A DNA stretch of 64,000 bases. Origin: Candidatus Hydrogenedentota bacterium (GTDB lineage: Bacteria; Hydrogenedentota; Hydrogenedentia; Hydrogenedentales; SLHB01). Within the stretch, counting starts at the first letter, position 1; each line of letters starts with the position of its first letter. Under the pieces are notes generated by a model. It was given only the letters and a program-made list of their open reading frames with translations. It had not been told where the DNA came from and did not search any database. The translations under genes and the position numbers were made by a program. The stretch covers positions 293,686 through 357,685 of the forward strand of contig BTWA01000001.1 of NCBI GenBank assembly GCA_045863295.1, given 5' to 3'. Below are positions 48,538 through 59,858 of this stretch, one piece after another.

Positions 48538-49884
48538 CTAGTCCTCGACCCGTTCCACGGTTGCGAATATCCGCCCCTTGCCCAATTGCACCTCGATACT
48601 GTCGCTTTTCCTGACCGTGCCGGCGTCGCGGATCACCCGGAGGCCCGGAATGGTGCGGGCCAGCGCGTATCCGCGCGATAGCACCGCCAGCGGGCTCAGC
48701 GCGTCCAGTTGCGCGATGAGCGGCCTCACCCGGGCGCGGCCTCTATCGACGGTGAGTTGTCCGCCCTGGCCGAGCCTTCGGCGCAGGTCCAGCAGACGGT
48801 CCGAGGCGCGCCGTATCTGGTTCCGAGGCGACAACAACGCCAGCGAGCGCACGGCGTGCGTGTGCCTCCGTCGCGCCGTTTCCAGGGTTGCCTGCGTCTC
48901 GCTTTCGACACGCATGCGCAATTCGTCCAAGCGCTGCCGGTATTCGCGCACCAGGAGTTCCGGGCGTTGAAACACGAACGAATTCCGCGCCATCCGAAGC
49001 CGGTTGCTGATCTGGTCGGCCTGACGCCTCAGCGCCTTCGCCTGCCGGTCGCGCAAGGCGGCCACTTTCTCGAGCAGCGCCTCCCGCTCTTTCACGACGA
49101 TTTCCGCCGCGGCCGACGGCGTTGGCGCGCGAAGGTCCGCGACGAAGTCCGACAAGGTCACGTCGATTTGGTGGCCCACCGCGGAAATGATCGGCGTATG
49201 CGCCTCGAAGATGGCGCGCACTACTTTTTCTTCGTTGAAAGGCCAGAGGTCTTCCAGCGAGCCGCCTCCGCGTCCCACGATCATCACGTCCACGCCCCAC
49301 CGGTCCAATGCCCGGATGCCTTCGACGATTTCCCCTGCTGCTTCATCCCCCTGCACCCGCGCCGGATAGAGGATGACGTGCACATTGGCAAACCGCCGAT
49401 CCAGGACGTTCAAGATGTCGCGAATGGCCGCGCCGGTGGGCGAAGTGACGATGCCAATCCGCTTCGGGAGCATGGGCAGCGGTTTCTTGTGCGCATCGTC
49501 GAACAGGCCCTCGCCGGCCAGTTTCTTCTTCAACGTTTCGAATGCGAGCTGGAGCGCTCCCACGCCTTTCGGGTGCATTTCCTCGCAGATGATCTGGTAA
49601 TTGCCCCGCTTCTCGTAGACGGTCACTTGGCCAAACACGATGACCTCGAGGCCGCTTTCCGGTCCAAATTGGACCTGCATCAGCTTGCCCCGGAAGATGA
49701 CCGCGTCAATCTGGCTGTTCTCGTCCTTCAGGGTGAAGTAGGCGTGCCCGGCGGGCGAAACGCGCCAATTGGAGATCTCGCCCGAAACCCAGGTGTAGCT
49801 GATCTGCCGCTCCAGCAGATCTTTCACCCAACGCGTAAGTTGGGACACCGTGAGCACATTGGGTTTATCGGGGGTGGTCGCCAT
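48538..49884 (-). CDS. xseA: Exodeoxyribonuclease VII large subunit
   Basis: [60 protein letters not shown]. Confidence 0.97.
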   Translation of the reverse strand: MATTPDKPNVLTVSQLTRWVKDLLERQISYTWVSGEISNWRVSPAGHAYFTLKDENSQIDAVIFRGKLMQVQFGPESGLEVIVFGQVTVYEKRGNYQIICEEMHPKGVGALQLAFETLKKKLAGEGLFDDAHKKPLPMLPKRIGIVTSPTGAAIRDILNVLDRRFANVHVILYPARVQGDEAAGEIVEGIRALDRWGVDVMIVGRGGGSLEDLWPFNEEKVVRAIFEAHTPIISAVGHQIDVTLSDFVADLRAPTPSAAAEIVVKEREALLEKVAALRDRQAKALRRQADQISNRLRMARNSFVFQRPELLVREYRQRLDELRMRVESETQATLETARRRHTHAVRSLALLSPRNQIRRASDRLLDLRRRLGQGGQLTVDRGRARVRPLIAQLDALSPLAVLSRGYALARTIPGLRVIRDAGTVRKSDSIEVQLGKGRIFATVERVED

Positions 49885-49959
49885 AGGGCGCGTATTCTAC
49901 CCGATAGCCGGCATATCGCACCACGCCCGGACCGGGCCTGGGTTTGAGGCCTTGCCCCG

Positions 49960-49995
49960 AAAAAGGAGTGACCCGCCGGAAAGGACCGGCGGGTC
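49960..49995 (-). terminator. Terminator-like hairpin upstream of xseA
   Basis: Perfect 10-bp stem GACCCGCCGG / CCGGCGGGTC, then ACTCCTTTTT on the minus strand. Confidence 0.55.
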
Positions 49996-50087
49996 GTAGC
50001 CCTGGCTCCCTTTTGCGAATGAGACGGCCATCGGCCGCCTACCCATGTGCATAGTTAGCGGGCGCCCATTGGGCTCCCGGATATTCG

Positions 50088-50116
50088 AGTATATCAAAGG
50101 TTGCGCAATTTGTCAT
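50088..50116 (-). promoter_or_regulatory. sigma70 promoter directed toward xseA
   Basis: Minus strand ATGACA, 17 nt, TATACT, with extended -10 TGn. Confidence 0.6.
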
Positions 50117-50536
50117 GGGGCCATTTTCCCACGGGAATTGTCCATGCCGGTCGCGGTCTTCGCTTCGATGCCTTCGCCGGGTATCCCCTATAGTCTGGTC
50201 TTTTCTGTTGCATTTTCTTAGCGGATTGAAACAAGGGTATATGATGGACTTACGCAGAATAAGTATTTTGCGGGCGCAATTTGGTATGCGGTAGGGTACT
50301 GATCTAATTCAGAGTCTGCTCTTACAATGCCCCACGTAGATTTCCCATTGCTGCGTAAAATCAAACCCGGATCAAGGAGTGGGCATCAGGCGGATACGAT
50401 CACTGGACAATTAGGGAGAATCTCGCGCAGAGGCGCGGGGAGGTTGTTGGAAAGCGTTGAAATGACTTACAGGGGTGGGCTGCACCTGCGCGTATTAGGA
50501 TCACTGTACAAACCGGGTGAATACGGTAGATGGCTT

Positions 50537-50821
50537 TCAACCGCTTGAGTGAAGGGTCTTGATTTTCCCGGTCAGCATTTGAACTTCCTTTAGATCGCCT
50601 CGCTTCTTGTGACACTCGATCATGCGTTGCAATGTGGCTTCTTTAGATGCCATTTTTGCTTCACAGGGAAGTCCAAAATATTCGAACTTATCGTACAAAG
50701 CCAAGAGCTTGCCGTAGGATCTGATTGCGCTGATCCACTTTGAATTCTTCTCTTCTCTTTGTACCCGGGTTGACAGTCTGGTCATTCGAAACACAAAGAA
50801 GTAAAACTGGATTCTCTTCAT
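50537..50821 (-). CDS. Hypothetical small helical protein in a low-GC patch
   Basis: 94-codon ORF co-oriented with its neighbours; no recognisable motif. Confidence 0.4.
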   Translation of the reverse strand: MKRIQFYFFVFRMTRLSTRVQREEKNSKWISAIRSYGKLLALYDKFEYFGLPCEAKMASKEATLQRMIECHKKRGDLKEVQMLTGKIKTLHSSG

Positions 50822-50899
50822 TCGCACCCCGTATTTACCGGAACTTTCTGTTCGAGACGACTTGCCTGGCTGCGCCTAGTGCAGTCTAAATGCCTTTTA

Positions 50900-52216
50900 C
50901 TACAGCTTTGATACGCGCATGCCGTCGACGAGTTCGTTTTTCACGTCGGCGACGACGGTGTCGCCTGCGGCGAGTCCTTCGGTGATTTCGGCGAACTCGT
51001 CGTTCTTGAGTCCGACTTTGACGGTTTTGAGGCGAGCGCGGCCTCCGGACACGGCGAAGACGGCCCAGTTGCCTTCGTGCCTGAAGGTGGCCCGTTCGGG
51101 GACGGTTACGACATCGGGTGATTCACCGGTGATGATCCGGACGTCGACGCTGGTGCCTGGGCGGAGGTTGAGGTTGGTGTTGTCGAAGGCGATGATGGTG
51201 CGCACGCGTTGTTGTTCGATGCCGAGTGCGGAGATTTTCATGAATCCGGAGGGATAGATACGTTTGACGGAACCGATGATGGTTTCGCCAGCGACGGCCT
51301 TACCCGAGATTTCGACGGCGTCGCCCACGTCCACGCGTCCGACTTCTTCGGAGAGTACGTCGCATTCGATTTCGATGGTGGCCACGTCGCCCAGTTTCAT
51401 GAGGGGAGTTCCGGCCATGAGGACGCGTTCGTCTTCGACATATTTTTCGAGGACGAATCCGCTGACGGGGGCGAGCACCTTGGTTTTTTCCAGGTTTTTT
51501 CGCGCGATTTCAAGTTGGGCCTTCAGGGCGTTCACTTGGGCGTTCAGGGAATCGCGGTTGAACTCATTGTCGTCCACGGAGCCACGGAGCCGTTGTTCGG
51601 TGAGCTTGGCAGCCTCGAGGCCTCGCGAGGCGGCGGACTCGGCCAACTCGGCGGCGGCAAGGCGCTGATTCAACTGGTCGAGGGTGCGTTTGGCATCGTC
51701 GTACATGTTTTGGCTGATCGCGCCTTGCTCGCTCAGCGACTTTGCTTGATCGAATTTCTTTTTGGCGTCTTCATACAGGACGGAGACCGCGGCTTTTTCG
51801 CGAGTCGCGATGCCCTGCTGGCTGGCGGCTTGGTCCACGCGGAGTTGCGCAGTTTCGAGGTCTTCCGGTTTGGGTTTGGCGACATCGACGCCGGTGACCT
51901 GTGCCTGCACTTGGGCGATTTGGGCTTCGGCGGCGGTGATTTGCTGTTCCCAGTCGAAGGTATCGAGTTGGACGATACATTGTCCGGCCTCGATTTTGTC
52001 TCCGACTTCGAGTTCGATGCGGTTTACGGTGCCCGTGAGGGGCATATCGACGATGTATTCGTCCGAGAGCCTTGTTTTGGCGTCTTCCGCGATGTATTCG
52101 CGGACGGTTTCCACGCGGGCTTCGGCCATTTCGACCGGGAGCCCTCTTCCCCGCAGGGCCCAGACGGCGGCGAGCGCCGCCAGCGCCAACCCTACGCCAA
52201 TGAATACGCGCTTCAT
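50900..52216 (-). CDS. Efflux periplasmic adaptor subunit (HlyD/MacA-like)
   Basis: N-terminal TM, lipoyl half-motifs (VGDKIEAGQ, APVSGFV), long coiled coil, LRPG, VKVGL. Confidence 0.9.
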   Translation of the reverse strand: MKRVFIGVGLALAALAAVWALRGRGLPVEMAEARVETVREYIAEDAKTRLSDEYIVDMPLTGTVNRIELEVGDKIEAGQCIVQLDTFDWEQQITAAEAQIAQVQAQVTGVDVAKPKPEDLETAQLRVDQAASQQGIATREKAAVSVLYEDAKKKFDQAKSLSEQGAISQNMYDDAKRTLDQLNQRLAAAELAESAASRGLEAAKLTEQRLRGSVDDNEFNRDSLNAQVNALKAQLEIARKNLEKTKVLAPVSGFVLEKYVEDERVLMAGTPLMKLGDVATIEIECDVLSEEVGRVDVGDAVEISGKAVAGETIIGSVKRIYPSGFMKISALGIEQQRVRTIIAFDNTNLNLRPGTSVDVRIITGESPDVVTVPERATFRHEGNWAVFAVSGGRARLKTVKVGLKNDEFAEITEGLAAGDTVVADVKNELVDGMRVSKL

Positions 52217-52257
52217 GAAATTCTCCTGCCCAAAGAAACCGGAACCAGCCGGTTATC

Positions 52258-54630
52258 TTATTCCCGTTGCTTCAATACTTCCACCATGTCGAGACTCAGG
52301 ATTTTGTGCCGCACCGCAAGGTTGGCGAGGCTCACAAAGAAAATGGTCATACAGATGGAATAGGCATATGTTCTCGGCTCGATGTGATACGGCAGCCGGT
52401 ACAATTCATTGTCGTAGAGCGAAACCAGCACGCGGCAGATTCCCATGCCAAACGGGATGCCGAAAATGATTCCGAACACGGCCAGCAGGAAGTTTTCATG
52501 ATACATGATCCGGCCGGTTTCCGCCGTGGAGAATCCGAGCACGCGCAACGAGGCGAGTTCGCGCTGACGTTCCGCGAGGGCGACGGTGGTCACGTTGTAG
52601 ATAATGGAAAACGCGATGACCGCGGCGAAGATGACGAGCATGGTGTTGGTCACCTTCATGTTTCTCCGGAGGGTCCCCAACATGCTGGCGTACGATTCTT
52701 CCTTGAGTTCCACCGAGGAGATCCCGGGGATGTCCTTGAGGATGCGGTTGACGTCTCTTTCGCGTCCGTTTTCGACTTGGAGCATGGCGGAATTCATGGC
52801 GAAGGACTGTTTTAACAGTCCGCTCAGGGTTTCGATTTGCATGTAGGCATAGGAGCCGATGTACTGGGAGACGATGCGGGTGACGGGCAAATCGGTTTCG
52901 TCGGTGACGCGTCCCATCAAGGGTTTCACTCGCACGATGTCGCCGACTTTCAGGCGCATGTCGCGGGCGAGCCGTTCGGAGAGAGTGATGCCGCGGGTTG
53001 CGATTTCGATGGGCCGGTGGTTGAGGTCCCACATGCGATGCAGTTTTGATTTCAGCGGCACGCCGATGACGATGACGTCCTTGGAGCGCCAGGCGGATTG
53101 GAGTTCGACCGGGTATTGGAGCAGGGGTTCTGCGCGTTGCACGTGATCGAATCGCATGGATTCGTAGAGGGCTTCCTTGCCGCGTTCGATGGGGAAGCTG
53201 ATTTTGACGTCTTCCCTCCGGTTTTCCTGAAACTGGAAATGGAGGGCGTAGGTGATTGAATCGATGGAGAAGGTGCCGACCATCATCAATCCTGTGGAGA
53301 CCATGACGCCAAACGAATTGAGTGCGGCCCGGAACGCGTTTCGCGACACATTGCGCACGATCATTTTCCATGTGAAGGTAAGGCGTCGCCACAGGGCTGG
53401 AATTCGTTCGATTAACGTGGTGTGAGCCGATTTGGGCGATTCGGGCCTCATGGAAAGCGCGGGATCGATGGCGGCGGCGCTAAGAGCCGCCCACAAGGCG
53501 CCGACGGTGGAAAAGCCCATGGCGATGCCCATTGAGCGGGCGAGAATTTCGGGGTAGATGCGCGATTCGAGCAGGGGGAATTGGTAGAACTGCACGTAGA
53601 GTTTGATCAGCAGATTGGCGAGGTACTGGCCCACGACGAAGCCGCCGAGGCAGCCGGTCACGCCCAGGAACAGCGCGTACTTGAGGTAATGGAGGGCCAC
53701 GGCGAAATCCGAATAGCCGTAGGCCTTCAGCAGTCCGATTTCGGTTCTTTCCTTGCGCACCATCCGGTTCAAGAGGATGAGCAGTATCAGCGCGGCGATG
53801 CCCAGAAAGATGGTGGGGATCACTTTTGCGGAGACTTCCAGGCCGCGAATTTCATCGGCGAGAAAGCGGTGTGAAATCATGTCGTCGCGTTTGGCTTTGA
53901 TGAACACGCCGTAGGGTTTGAGTATTTTTTCGGCGGCATCCAGCACGGAATCCAGGTCATCTTCGGAATCCACCGTGCCGACGACGTTGTTGCAGGCGGA
54001 GCGCATGTTGAGTGCGGTTTCCGCAAACGTTTCGGGAACCCACAGGATGCCGAAGCGTTCCGGAGCGGGTACGAGTTCCTGCACGTTGCGAATCATGTAC
54101 ACGAATTCGGGCGACAGTCCGAGGCCGACGATGCGCAGGCTGTACTTCTTGCTGTTCACGGAGATTTGCACGCGATCGCCCAGCGCGAGCCCGTTTGTTT
54201 CGGCGAATCGTTCGCTCATGATCACCTGATCGGTGACCCCTTCGTCGAAATATTTGCCCTCAACGAGCACGACATCGTTAAGCACGCCCTCGTTTGTTTC
54301 GGGCATGGAAACGATTCGGCCGACGCGCGGCTTGTCGAGCCCTTCGATGTCCACGTTGACGTCTTTGACGATGCGTGCTTCCACGCGGCGCACGGAGGGA
54401 AGAGTTTCGAGTTTGAAGAGGGCGGTGCGTGGCGCTCGCTCGAGCATGATTTCGAAATTCGCGAAGCGGTTTTGCGAGTAGTAGGTATCGCGCGTCAACA
54501 AGAGGTTCCGGTGCGCGGATGCCAGGCAGATGAAGCAGGCGGTGCCGCACAACACCACGAGAATCACGGCCAGCGTCTGGCCGCGGGTTTTCCACATGGT
54601 GCGGAGTAGTTTCTTGTTGAGGACTTTCAT
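52258..54630 (-). CDS. ABC transporter permease, double MacB-PCD/FtsX type
   Basis: [13 protein letters not shown] and [13 protein letters not shown]tsX motifs. Confidence 0.9.
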   Translation of the reverse strand: MKVLNKKLLRTMWKTRGQTLAVILVVLCGTACFICLASAHRNLLLTRDTYYSQNRFANFEIMLERAPRTALFKLETLPSVRRVEARIVKDVNVDIEGLDKPRVGRIVSMPETNEGVLNDVVLVEGKYFDEGVTDQVIMSERFAETNGLALGDRVQISVNSKKYSLRIVGLGLSPEFVYMIRNVQELVPAPERFGILWVPETFAETALNMRSACNNVVGTVDSEDDLDSVLDAAEKILKPYGVFIKAKRDDMISHRFLADEIRGLEVSAKVIPTIFLGIAALILLILLNRMVRKERTEIGLLKAYGYSDFAVALHYLKYALFLGVTGCLGGFVVGQYLANLLIKLYVQFYQFPLLESRIYPEILARSMGIAMGFSTVGALWAALSAAAIDPALSMRPESPKSAHTTLIERIPALWRRLTFTWKMIVRNVSRNAFRAALNSFGVMVSTGLMMVGTFSIDSITYALHFQFQENRREDVKISFPIERGKEALYESMRFDHVQRAEPLLQYPVELQSAWRSKDVIVIGVPLKSKLHRMWDLNHRPIEIATRGITLSERLARDMRLKVGDIVRVKPLMGRVTDETDLPVTRIVSQYIGSYAYMQIETLSGLLKQSFAMNSAMLQVENGRERDVNRILKDIPGISSVELKEESYASMLGTLRRNMKVTNTMLVIFAAVIAFSIIYNVTTVALAERQRELASLRVLGFSTAETGRIMYHENFLLAVFGIIFGIPFGMGICRVLVSLYDNELYRLPYHIEPRTYAYSICMTIFFVSLANLAVRHKILSLDMVEVLKQRE

Positions 54631-54636
54631 GGACCC

Positions 54637-55377
54637 TTACCAGACCAATTCGTCGGCGGTCTTGGGGGTTTCGTTTACCGTAATGTCGCGCACGTGGCCG
54701 TCCATCATGCGTATCACGCGGTGGGCCATGTGCCCGATGTCGGCGTTGTGGGTGATGACGACGATGGTTGTTTTCATTTTCCGGCAGACGTCGGCGAGCA
54801 CGTTCAAGACCACTTTGCCGGTCGCGAAATCGAGGGCTCCGGTCGGTTCGTCGCACAGGAGAATTTCCGGTTGCTTGGCAATGGCGCGGGCAATGGCCAC
54901 GCGTTGTTGCTCGCCGCCCGACAGTTGAGACGGAAAGTGATGTTTGCGTTCGTGCAACCCGACCAAGCCCAGCACTTCCGCCGGCACGAGCGGATTCCGG
55001 GAGATTTCCGTCGCCATTTCCACGTTTTCCTCTGCCGTCAGGTTTGGCATCAGGTTGTAGAACTGGAAAACGAACCCGATATGGTGACGGCGGTACTGGG
55101 TCAGTTGGCGCTCCGAATAGGCGCTCAATTCCTGTTTTTTGAACCACACGCCGCCGGCCGACACCGTGTCAATGCCGCCGATGATGTTCAGCAAGGTGCT
55201 CTTGCCGGAGCCGCTGGGGCCCAAAATGACCAGAAACTCGCCTTCATAGACTTCCAGCGAAACTTCCCGGAGGGCGGATACGGTGACCTCGCCCATGATG
55301 TAATCTTTCTTTACCCGATCGACCGCGAAAATGACCTTGCGGTCCGGCCTGAGGGACGGGTGATCCGCCACGGACAC
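54637..55377 (-). CDS. ABC transporter ATP-binding protein (LolD/MacB-like)
   Basis: [35 protein letters not shown] start after AGGAGG. Confidence 0.94.
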   Translation of the reverse strand: MSVADHPSLRPDRKVIFAVDRVKKDYIMGEVTVSALREVSLEVYEGEFLVILGPSGSGKSTLLNIIGGIDTVSAGGVWFKKQELSAYSERQLTQYRRHHIGFVFQFYNLMPNLTAEENVEMATEISRNPLVPAEVLGLVGLHERKHHFPSQLSGGEQQRVAIARAIAKQPEILLCDEPTGALDFATGKVVLNVLADVCRKMKTTIVVITHNADIGHMAHRVIRMMDGHVRDITVNETPKTADELVW

Positions 55378-55720
55378 TGCTGCTGCCTCCTGAATCCAAC
55401 TCCAATTCCGCTGCACTTCCAGTTTATGACCCGAGAAATGGCGTTTGGGTGCCCGGTCTGTGCTCCGGCCCACTTCAAACCTTTTCGCGGACGGCGCGAA
55501 TGTATTGCGCTGGAACCCATCGTGCCGTGGCGCCGCATCTCCATAACGGAGATGTTGTATGCCAAAACCCCGCCGAGCGAGAGCCATAACCTGTGTTGCA
55601 GGGGCATTTTGCGCCCTGCTAATTTTGAGCATGGCGCTAAATGCGGATAACCCGGAATCATACGCTGTTTCGGGGGTCCGTTGCGAGAATGTTGTGGAAA
55701 ACTGCGTTGTGCCGCCCTTT

Positions 55721-56629
55721 TTATGGCAATGGAGCGCGCTTGAGGATGTCTTGGTATACCGGATCGGCGGCGAGTTTTGCGTTCAGGGCCGTACGGATTC
55801 TTGCCGCGGTAGCGGTGTCCGCGAACGCATCCAGATATGCCCAGGCCTTGTCCGGCTCTCCGAGATAGCAGGACTGGACCAAGTACCCAGTGAGGAAGCC
55901 CAGCGGTTCCAACCGGTCAATTTGGCCTGTTTCGAAGGTAAACGGCACCTTGTATTTGGGGTGCGATTCAAACGCCTGCCGCAGCCGGTTGGCTTCAGGG
56001 CGCAAAACTGACTCAAAGCGGTGGTTGGCCGTGACGAACTGGCGCGCTTGATCGTCGAACGCCATCACGAATCGCGGCCGGGGCGCATCCGCGCCGTTGA
56101 GCCCCAATAGGTCGTAGCGGTAGTGCCGGGTCGCGAAGACGATTTCGGGGAAGCCGGCCTCGTCGAGATTTGAGATCTGGATCAAATTGATGCCGTCGCC
56201 GCTACGGAATACGTTCCGGTAGCTCTCGTCGAGGCGGATGATATCGAGGTAATCGGGTCCGTCCGCGCCGCCGCCATAGCGCAGTACGAACAAGAGTCTG
56301 GGGGTTTCCGCATCCAGCGGCCACAGACCCAGCCGGATCCAATCCTCGTACTGTCCGGCGTTAGCGAAATCCTCCACCAAGGCATTTTTTGCCATCAGGC
56401 GCGCGTGCCAGAGCCCGTCTGTTGCTTTGTATTTCTCGACCGCCCACCCCTTGCCTCGAATGGCACGGACAGACAGGAAACCCTGTTCTTCCAAGTTGAT
56501 AGCCGGTGAGGATTGAGACGTGACCTGGGTCACTACAGGCATGCCGGCCGTGACCGCCGGCGCCGAAGGCTGCGCGAAGGCCGCGAGGCAGCCGAACGAC
56601 AAGAGGCCGCACCAGATCATTGTTTTCAT
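55721..56629 (-). CDS. Hypothetical exported protein
   Basis: Signal peptide (MKTMIW...AAFA); coding-like codon bias; no family recognised. Confidence 0.68.
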   Translation of the reverse strand: MKTMIWCGLLSFGCLAAFAQPSAPAVTAGMPVVTQVTSQSSPAINLEEQGFLSVRAIRGKGWAVEKYKATDGLWHARLMAKNALVEDFANAGQYEDWIRLGLWPLDAETPRLLFVLRYGGGADGPDYLDIIRLDESYRNVFRSGDGINLIQISNLDEAGFPEIVFATRHYRYDLLGLNGADAPRPRFVMAFDDQARQFVTANHRFESVLRPEANRLRQAFESHPKYKVPFTFETGQIDRLEPLGFLTGYLVQSCYLGEPDKAWAYLDAFADTATAARIRTALNAKLAADPVYQDILKRAPLP

Positions 56630-56857
56630 GGTATCGACTCCCGGAACCCGAATCGCATGCCGGTAAGACGAATTCTGCCCGGCATCATTCACGTTTATTT
56701 GCGTAACAGGGCCGGAGTGGGTGATATTTCGTAAAGGCCCCGAGGCGTCTATTTCCGAGTTGGTCCTGCCGGTGTTGTAGGATGAACTCCGACGTTTGCC
56801 ACCCATTTCGTGCTTTGTCTCGATTCTGACGCTGCCTGTCTTACCGGAGAGTAGTGC

Positions 56858-59797
56858 ATGTCAACTGTCCTGATTTTCGTTTCGGCCTGCCTGTTGGCGC
56901 AGGAGCCGGTGGATTTGTACACCATACCCCTGAGGCCCGATCCGCCGATTGCGGTGGACGGTGTACTGTCCGATTGGGCCTCCGTGCCGGGTCAGCGTGA
57001 TGTGGAGGAGCCGGGCCATGCGGTGTTTGGTGCGAGCGAGTGGAGTGGCCCTGACGATTGCAGCGGGCATGTAAGGATGGCGTGGCGGCAAGAAGCCCTG
57101 TTCCTGGCCGTGGAGGTTACCGATGATGCATTTTGGCAACCCAACCGGGGAGCCGACGTATGGAAAGGGGATCACGTTGAGTTGTATTTGGATCTATCGC
57201 CGCATACAGAAACGGGGAGGGCACACTTTGGCCATGGACAATTTCAGATTGCCCTGAGTCCGGGCAGCTTTGGCGGCGAGCCCGCAGTGTCTTCCGTTGC
57301 GGAGATTGTATGTTACAAGCCCGAGGGGGCAGTGCTGGAAGGAGCGCAGATAGCCTCGGTGCAAATGGAGAACGGGTATGCCCTCGAAGCGGCTATTCCG
57401 TGGCCAGCCCTTGGCATTACGGAGCCCGCCGAGGGACTGCCGCTGCGTGTGGAAGTGGGCTTGTCCGATTCGGATATTGATGGAACCCGGCAAGAGACGC
57501 TGCTGACGGTGGGGACCGGCACGTGGGAGCATGTGCGGACGCGATTGGCTTCTGCTGTTTTGTCACGCGCCGATGGGCACTACACCGGGGCGTGGGGCAG
57601 TGTGAGCATTGCTCCGTCGATCACGCTGCAGCGGGGCGAGTCGACATCGCTTGCGGCGGCGATGGCGCCTCCGCCGGGTGGTATGAGGACGATGCTCACG
57701 CTGTTGGCGCGGGTGGAGTTTGACCAGCCGGCGGGGTATACGCCCGCGTTGCGCGTTACCGTAAACGGCACGGCGCTGGAGCAAGAGCACGTCGTGAACA
57801 AGCCATTGCGCGCACGATCGCGGGGAGGCGATGTGTATTCGCTTTCGGCTGGAGACCGGTTCTCCACATTTTATGCGCCCGATTTTACGGGGTCGGACAA
57901 CGACCCGCACTATGGTTTACTGGACGGCATTCAATCGTGTCTCTTTGTATTCGACGTGACGGAACTTCAAACCGGCGATTCCTGGAATATCGAGATCGCC
58001 CATGCCGCGGACGAAGCCATTACTCAGGCGATGGTGCTGAAGGACGTCCGGATCGATTACGGGCTGCCTTCCGCTACCGCCATCGAGAAGGCTGGGCCTC
58101 CTGAAGGGCCGATTCCGTTTATCGAGCCGGATGCGACGCCGGCGGCGTTTGAGATTGAGGTTTTGCCGGAATCCAAGATTCAATTGGCCACTGCGGGAGC
58201 GGATCTCGTTGTGGAAAGCCGCTTTTCCACGCCCGATGCGCAGTGGGTGTCGGGCGCGAATTCCTATTTCGGACACGAGCGCCGTGTGGATCGGCAGGCG
58301 GAAGCGGTGTTTGTGCATGATACGTTTACGAATTTGACCGGGGAGCAATTGCCGATCATGCAGCGGCACAGCGTGCAGACGCCACAGGAGCGGCTTTGGA
58401 TTGCCGGGCTGGAGCAAGTGTCGGGCGGCGGCGGTTTGAGTTCGCCCGACAACCCGACCGTTTTTGCCGCTTGGGAAGACGGCGGAATTGGCCTGGTGGC
58501 TCTTGGCGACGTCATGCGAATCCACATGCAGGCTTTTGCCGGGAAAGGATTGCTGACGCTTGCCGACCAGCAATTGGTCATCGGGCCGCATGCAACTTAC
58601 ACCGCCACCTGGTTAATTGTGCCGGCGCGAACCGGCAGCTACTGGGCGTTTCTCAATGCCTTGCGACGAGCGACGGGCGCCAACTTCACGATTGACGGCG
58701 GCTTTGCGTTTCTCCGGAGCGGTCCTCTGACGGACGCATGGAGCGACGAGCAATACCAATCGTTCATACGATACAAAGACGCGAAGTACACGTGCATGAC
58801 GATTGATTACCCTCGTTACAACGGGACGTATACGCACGGCACCTCGTTTCAACGGATTGATCTCAACTCCTATGTGAACGGTGTTCAGCGACGAAAGCGG
58901 TTGGTGCCGGAATCGAAGAGTCTTGTGTATTTCCACTGCTTTATTGACGTGGTCGAAGATGCGGCGGAGCAGTTTGCTGATTCCCGTGTGATTGGGCCTG
59001 ACGGCAAGCAGGCGGACTATGGCCTTCCGCATGATCGGATCTTCTTTCCGACGGACAGCAATTCGTACGGTCCCGCGATTGCGAGGAATGTCGACCTAAT
59101 TCTCGATACGATTGGGGCGGCGGGCGTGTATTGGGACGAGCACGAGTATTCGCGCTGGCATTATCACTACGGAGAGCCGTGGGACGGGTATTCGGGTGAC
59201 ATCGACGGCGACACGCACGAGGTGACGCGCCTGAAGTCGTCCGTGACGTTGTTGACGGAGCCGTGGCGTGTTGCATTGGCCAAACGCATTTTGGCGAAAG
59301 GCGCGCTGATTGGGAATGGCGTGCCCTACACGCGGTCCATGGCCGATTTGCGCTTTCCTTGCTTTGTGGAAACGGGCAGCATCACGCACTGCGCGCGGGC
59401 ACACATGCATTCGCCCATTGCGCTTGGCGATCATCTTACGGAACGCAACGAGCAGGACGCGTATAACACGATGCTGGCCGCGCTTGATTATGGCTGCGTC
59501 TATCACTGGTACAACGACATGACGGTAATTCCCACGCACCATACATTGACGCAACACATGTATCCGATTACACCGATGGAGTTGCACGAGGGTTACCTCA
59601 TTGGCGAGGAGCGGATTATCACGAAGAAGAGCGGCATGTATGGATGGGGTGATATGTCCGAGCACGAAACGCACGTTTACGACGACACCGGCAGGGAGGC
59701 GGAGGGGTTTGCGGCACCACGCGTTGTGATCGACGGCAAGGCATACACCGAATTGCGCATAGGAGAGGGATGGTCGGCCGCAATTGTGAAGAAGTGA
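56858..59797 (+). CDS. Secreted multidomain protein: CBM9-like domain plus putative glycoside-hydrolase TIM barrel
   Basis: IAVDGVLSDW, LFLAVEVTDD, GDHVELYLD, YALEAAIPW; C-terminal GVYWDE; RBS GGAG. Confidence 0.72.
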   Translation: MSTVLIFVSACLLAQEPVDLYTIPLRPDPPIAVDGVLSDWASVPGQRDVEEPGHAVFGASEWSGPDDCSGHVRMAWRQEALFLAVEVTDDAFWQPNRGADVWKGDHVELYLDLSPHTETGRAHFGHGQFQIALSPGSFGGEPAVSSVAEIVCYKPEGAVLEGAQIASVQMENGYALEAAIPWPALGITEPAEGLPLRVEVGLSDSDIDGTRQETLLTVGTGTWEHVRTRLASAVLSRADGHYTGAWGSVSIAPSITLQRGESTSLAAAMAPPPGGMRTMLTLLARVEFDQPAGYTPALRVTVNGTALEQEHVVNKPLRARSRGGDVYSLSAGDRFSTFYAPDFTGSDNDPHYGLLDGIQSCLFVFDVTELQTGDSWNIEIAHAADEAITQAMVLKDVRIDYGLPSATAIEKAGPPEGPIPFIEPDATPAAFEIEVLPESKIQLATAGADLVVESRFSTPDAQWVSGANSYFGHERRVDRQAEAVFVHDTFTNLTGEQLPIMQRHSVQTPQERLWIAGLEQVSGGGGLSSPDNPTVFAAWEDGGIGLVALGDVMRIHMQAFAGKGLLTLADQQLVIGPHATYTATWLIVPARTGSYWAFLNALRRATGANFTIDGGFAFLRSGPLTDAWSDEQYQSFIRYKDAKYTCMTIDYPRYNGTYTHGTSFQRIDLNSYVNGVQRRKRLVPESKSLVYFHCFIDVVEDAAEQFADSRVIGPDGKQADYGLPHDRIFFPTDSNSYGPAIARNVDLILDTIGAAGVYWDEHEYSRWHYHYGEPWDGYSGDIDGDTHEVTRLKSSVTLLTEPWRVALAKRILAKGALIGNGVPYTRSMADLRFPCFVETGSITHCARAHMHSPIALGDHLTERNEQDAYNTMLAALDYGCVYHWYNDMTVIPTHHTLTQHMYPITPMELHEGYLIGEERIITKKSGMYGWGDMSEHETHVYDDTGREAEGFAAPRVVIDGKAYTELRIGEGWSAAIVKK

Positions 59798-59817
59798 TGG
59801 CGCCGAAAAATAGAACG

Positions 59818-59845
59818 GGGCCTCCGGCAATGTCGCCGGAGGCCC
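59818..59845. terminator. Hairpin between convergent genes, probable terminator
   Basis: Perfect 11-bp stem GGGCCTCCGGC / GCCGGAGGCCC; T-rich tail on the minus strand. Confidence 0.75.
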
Positions 59846-59858
59846 GCTTGAGATAGAC

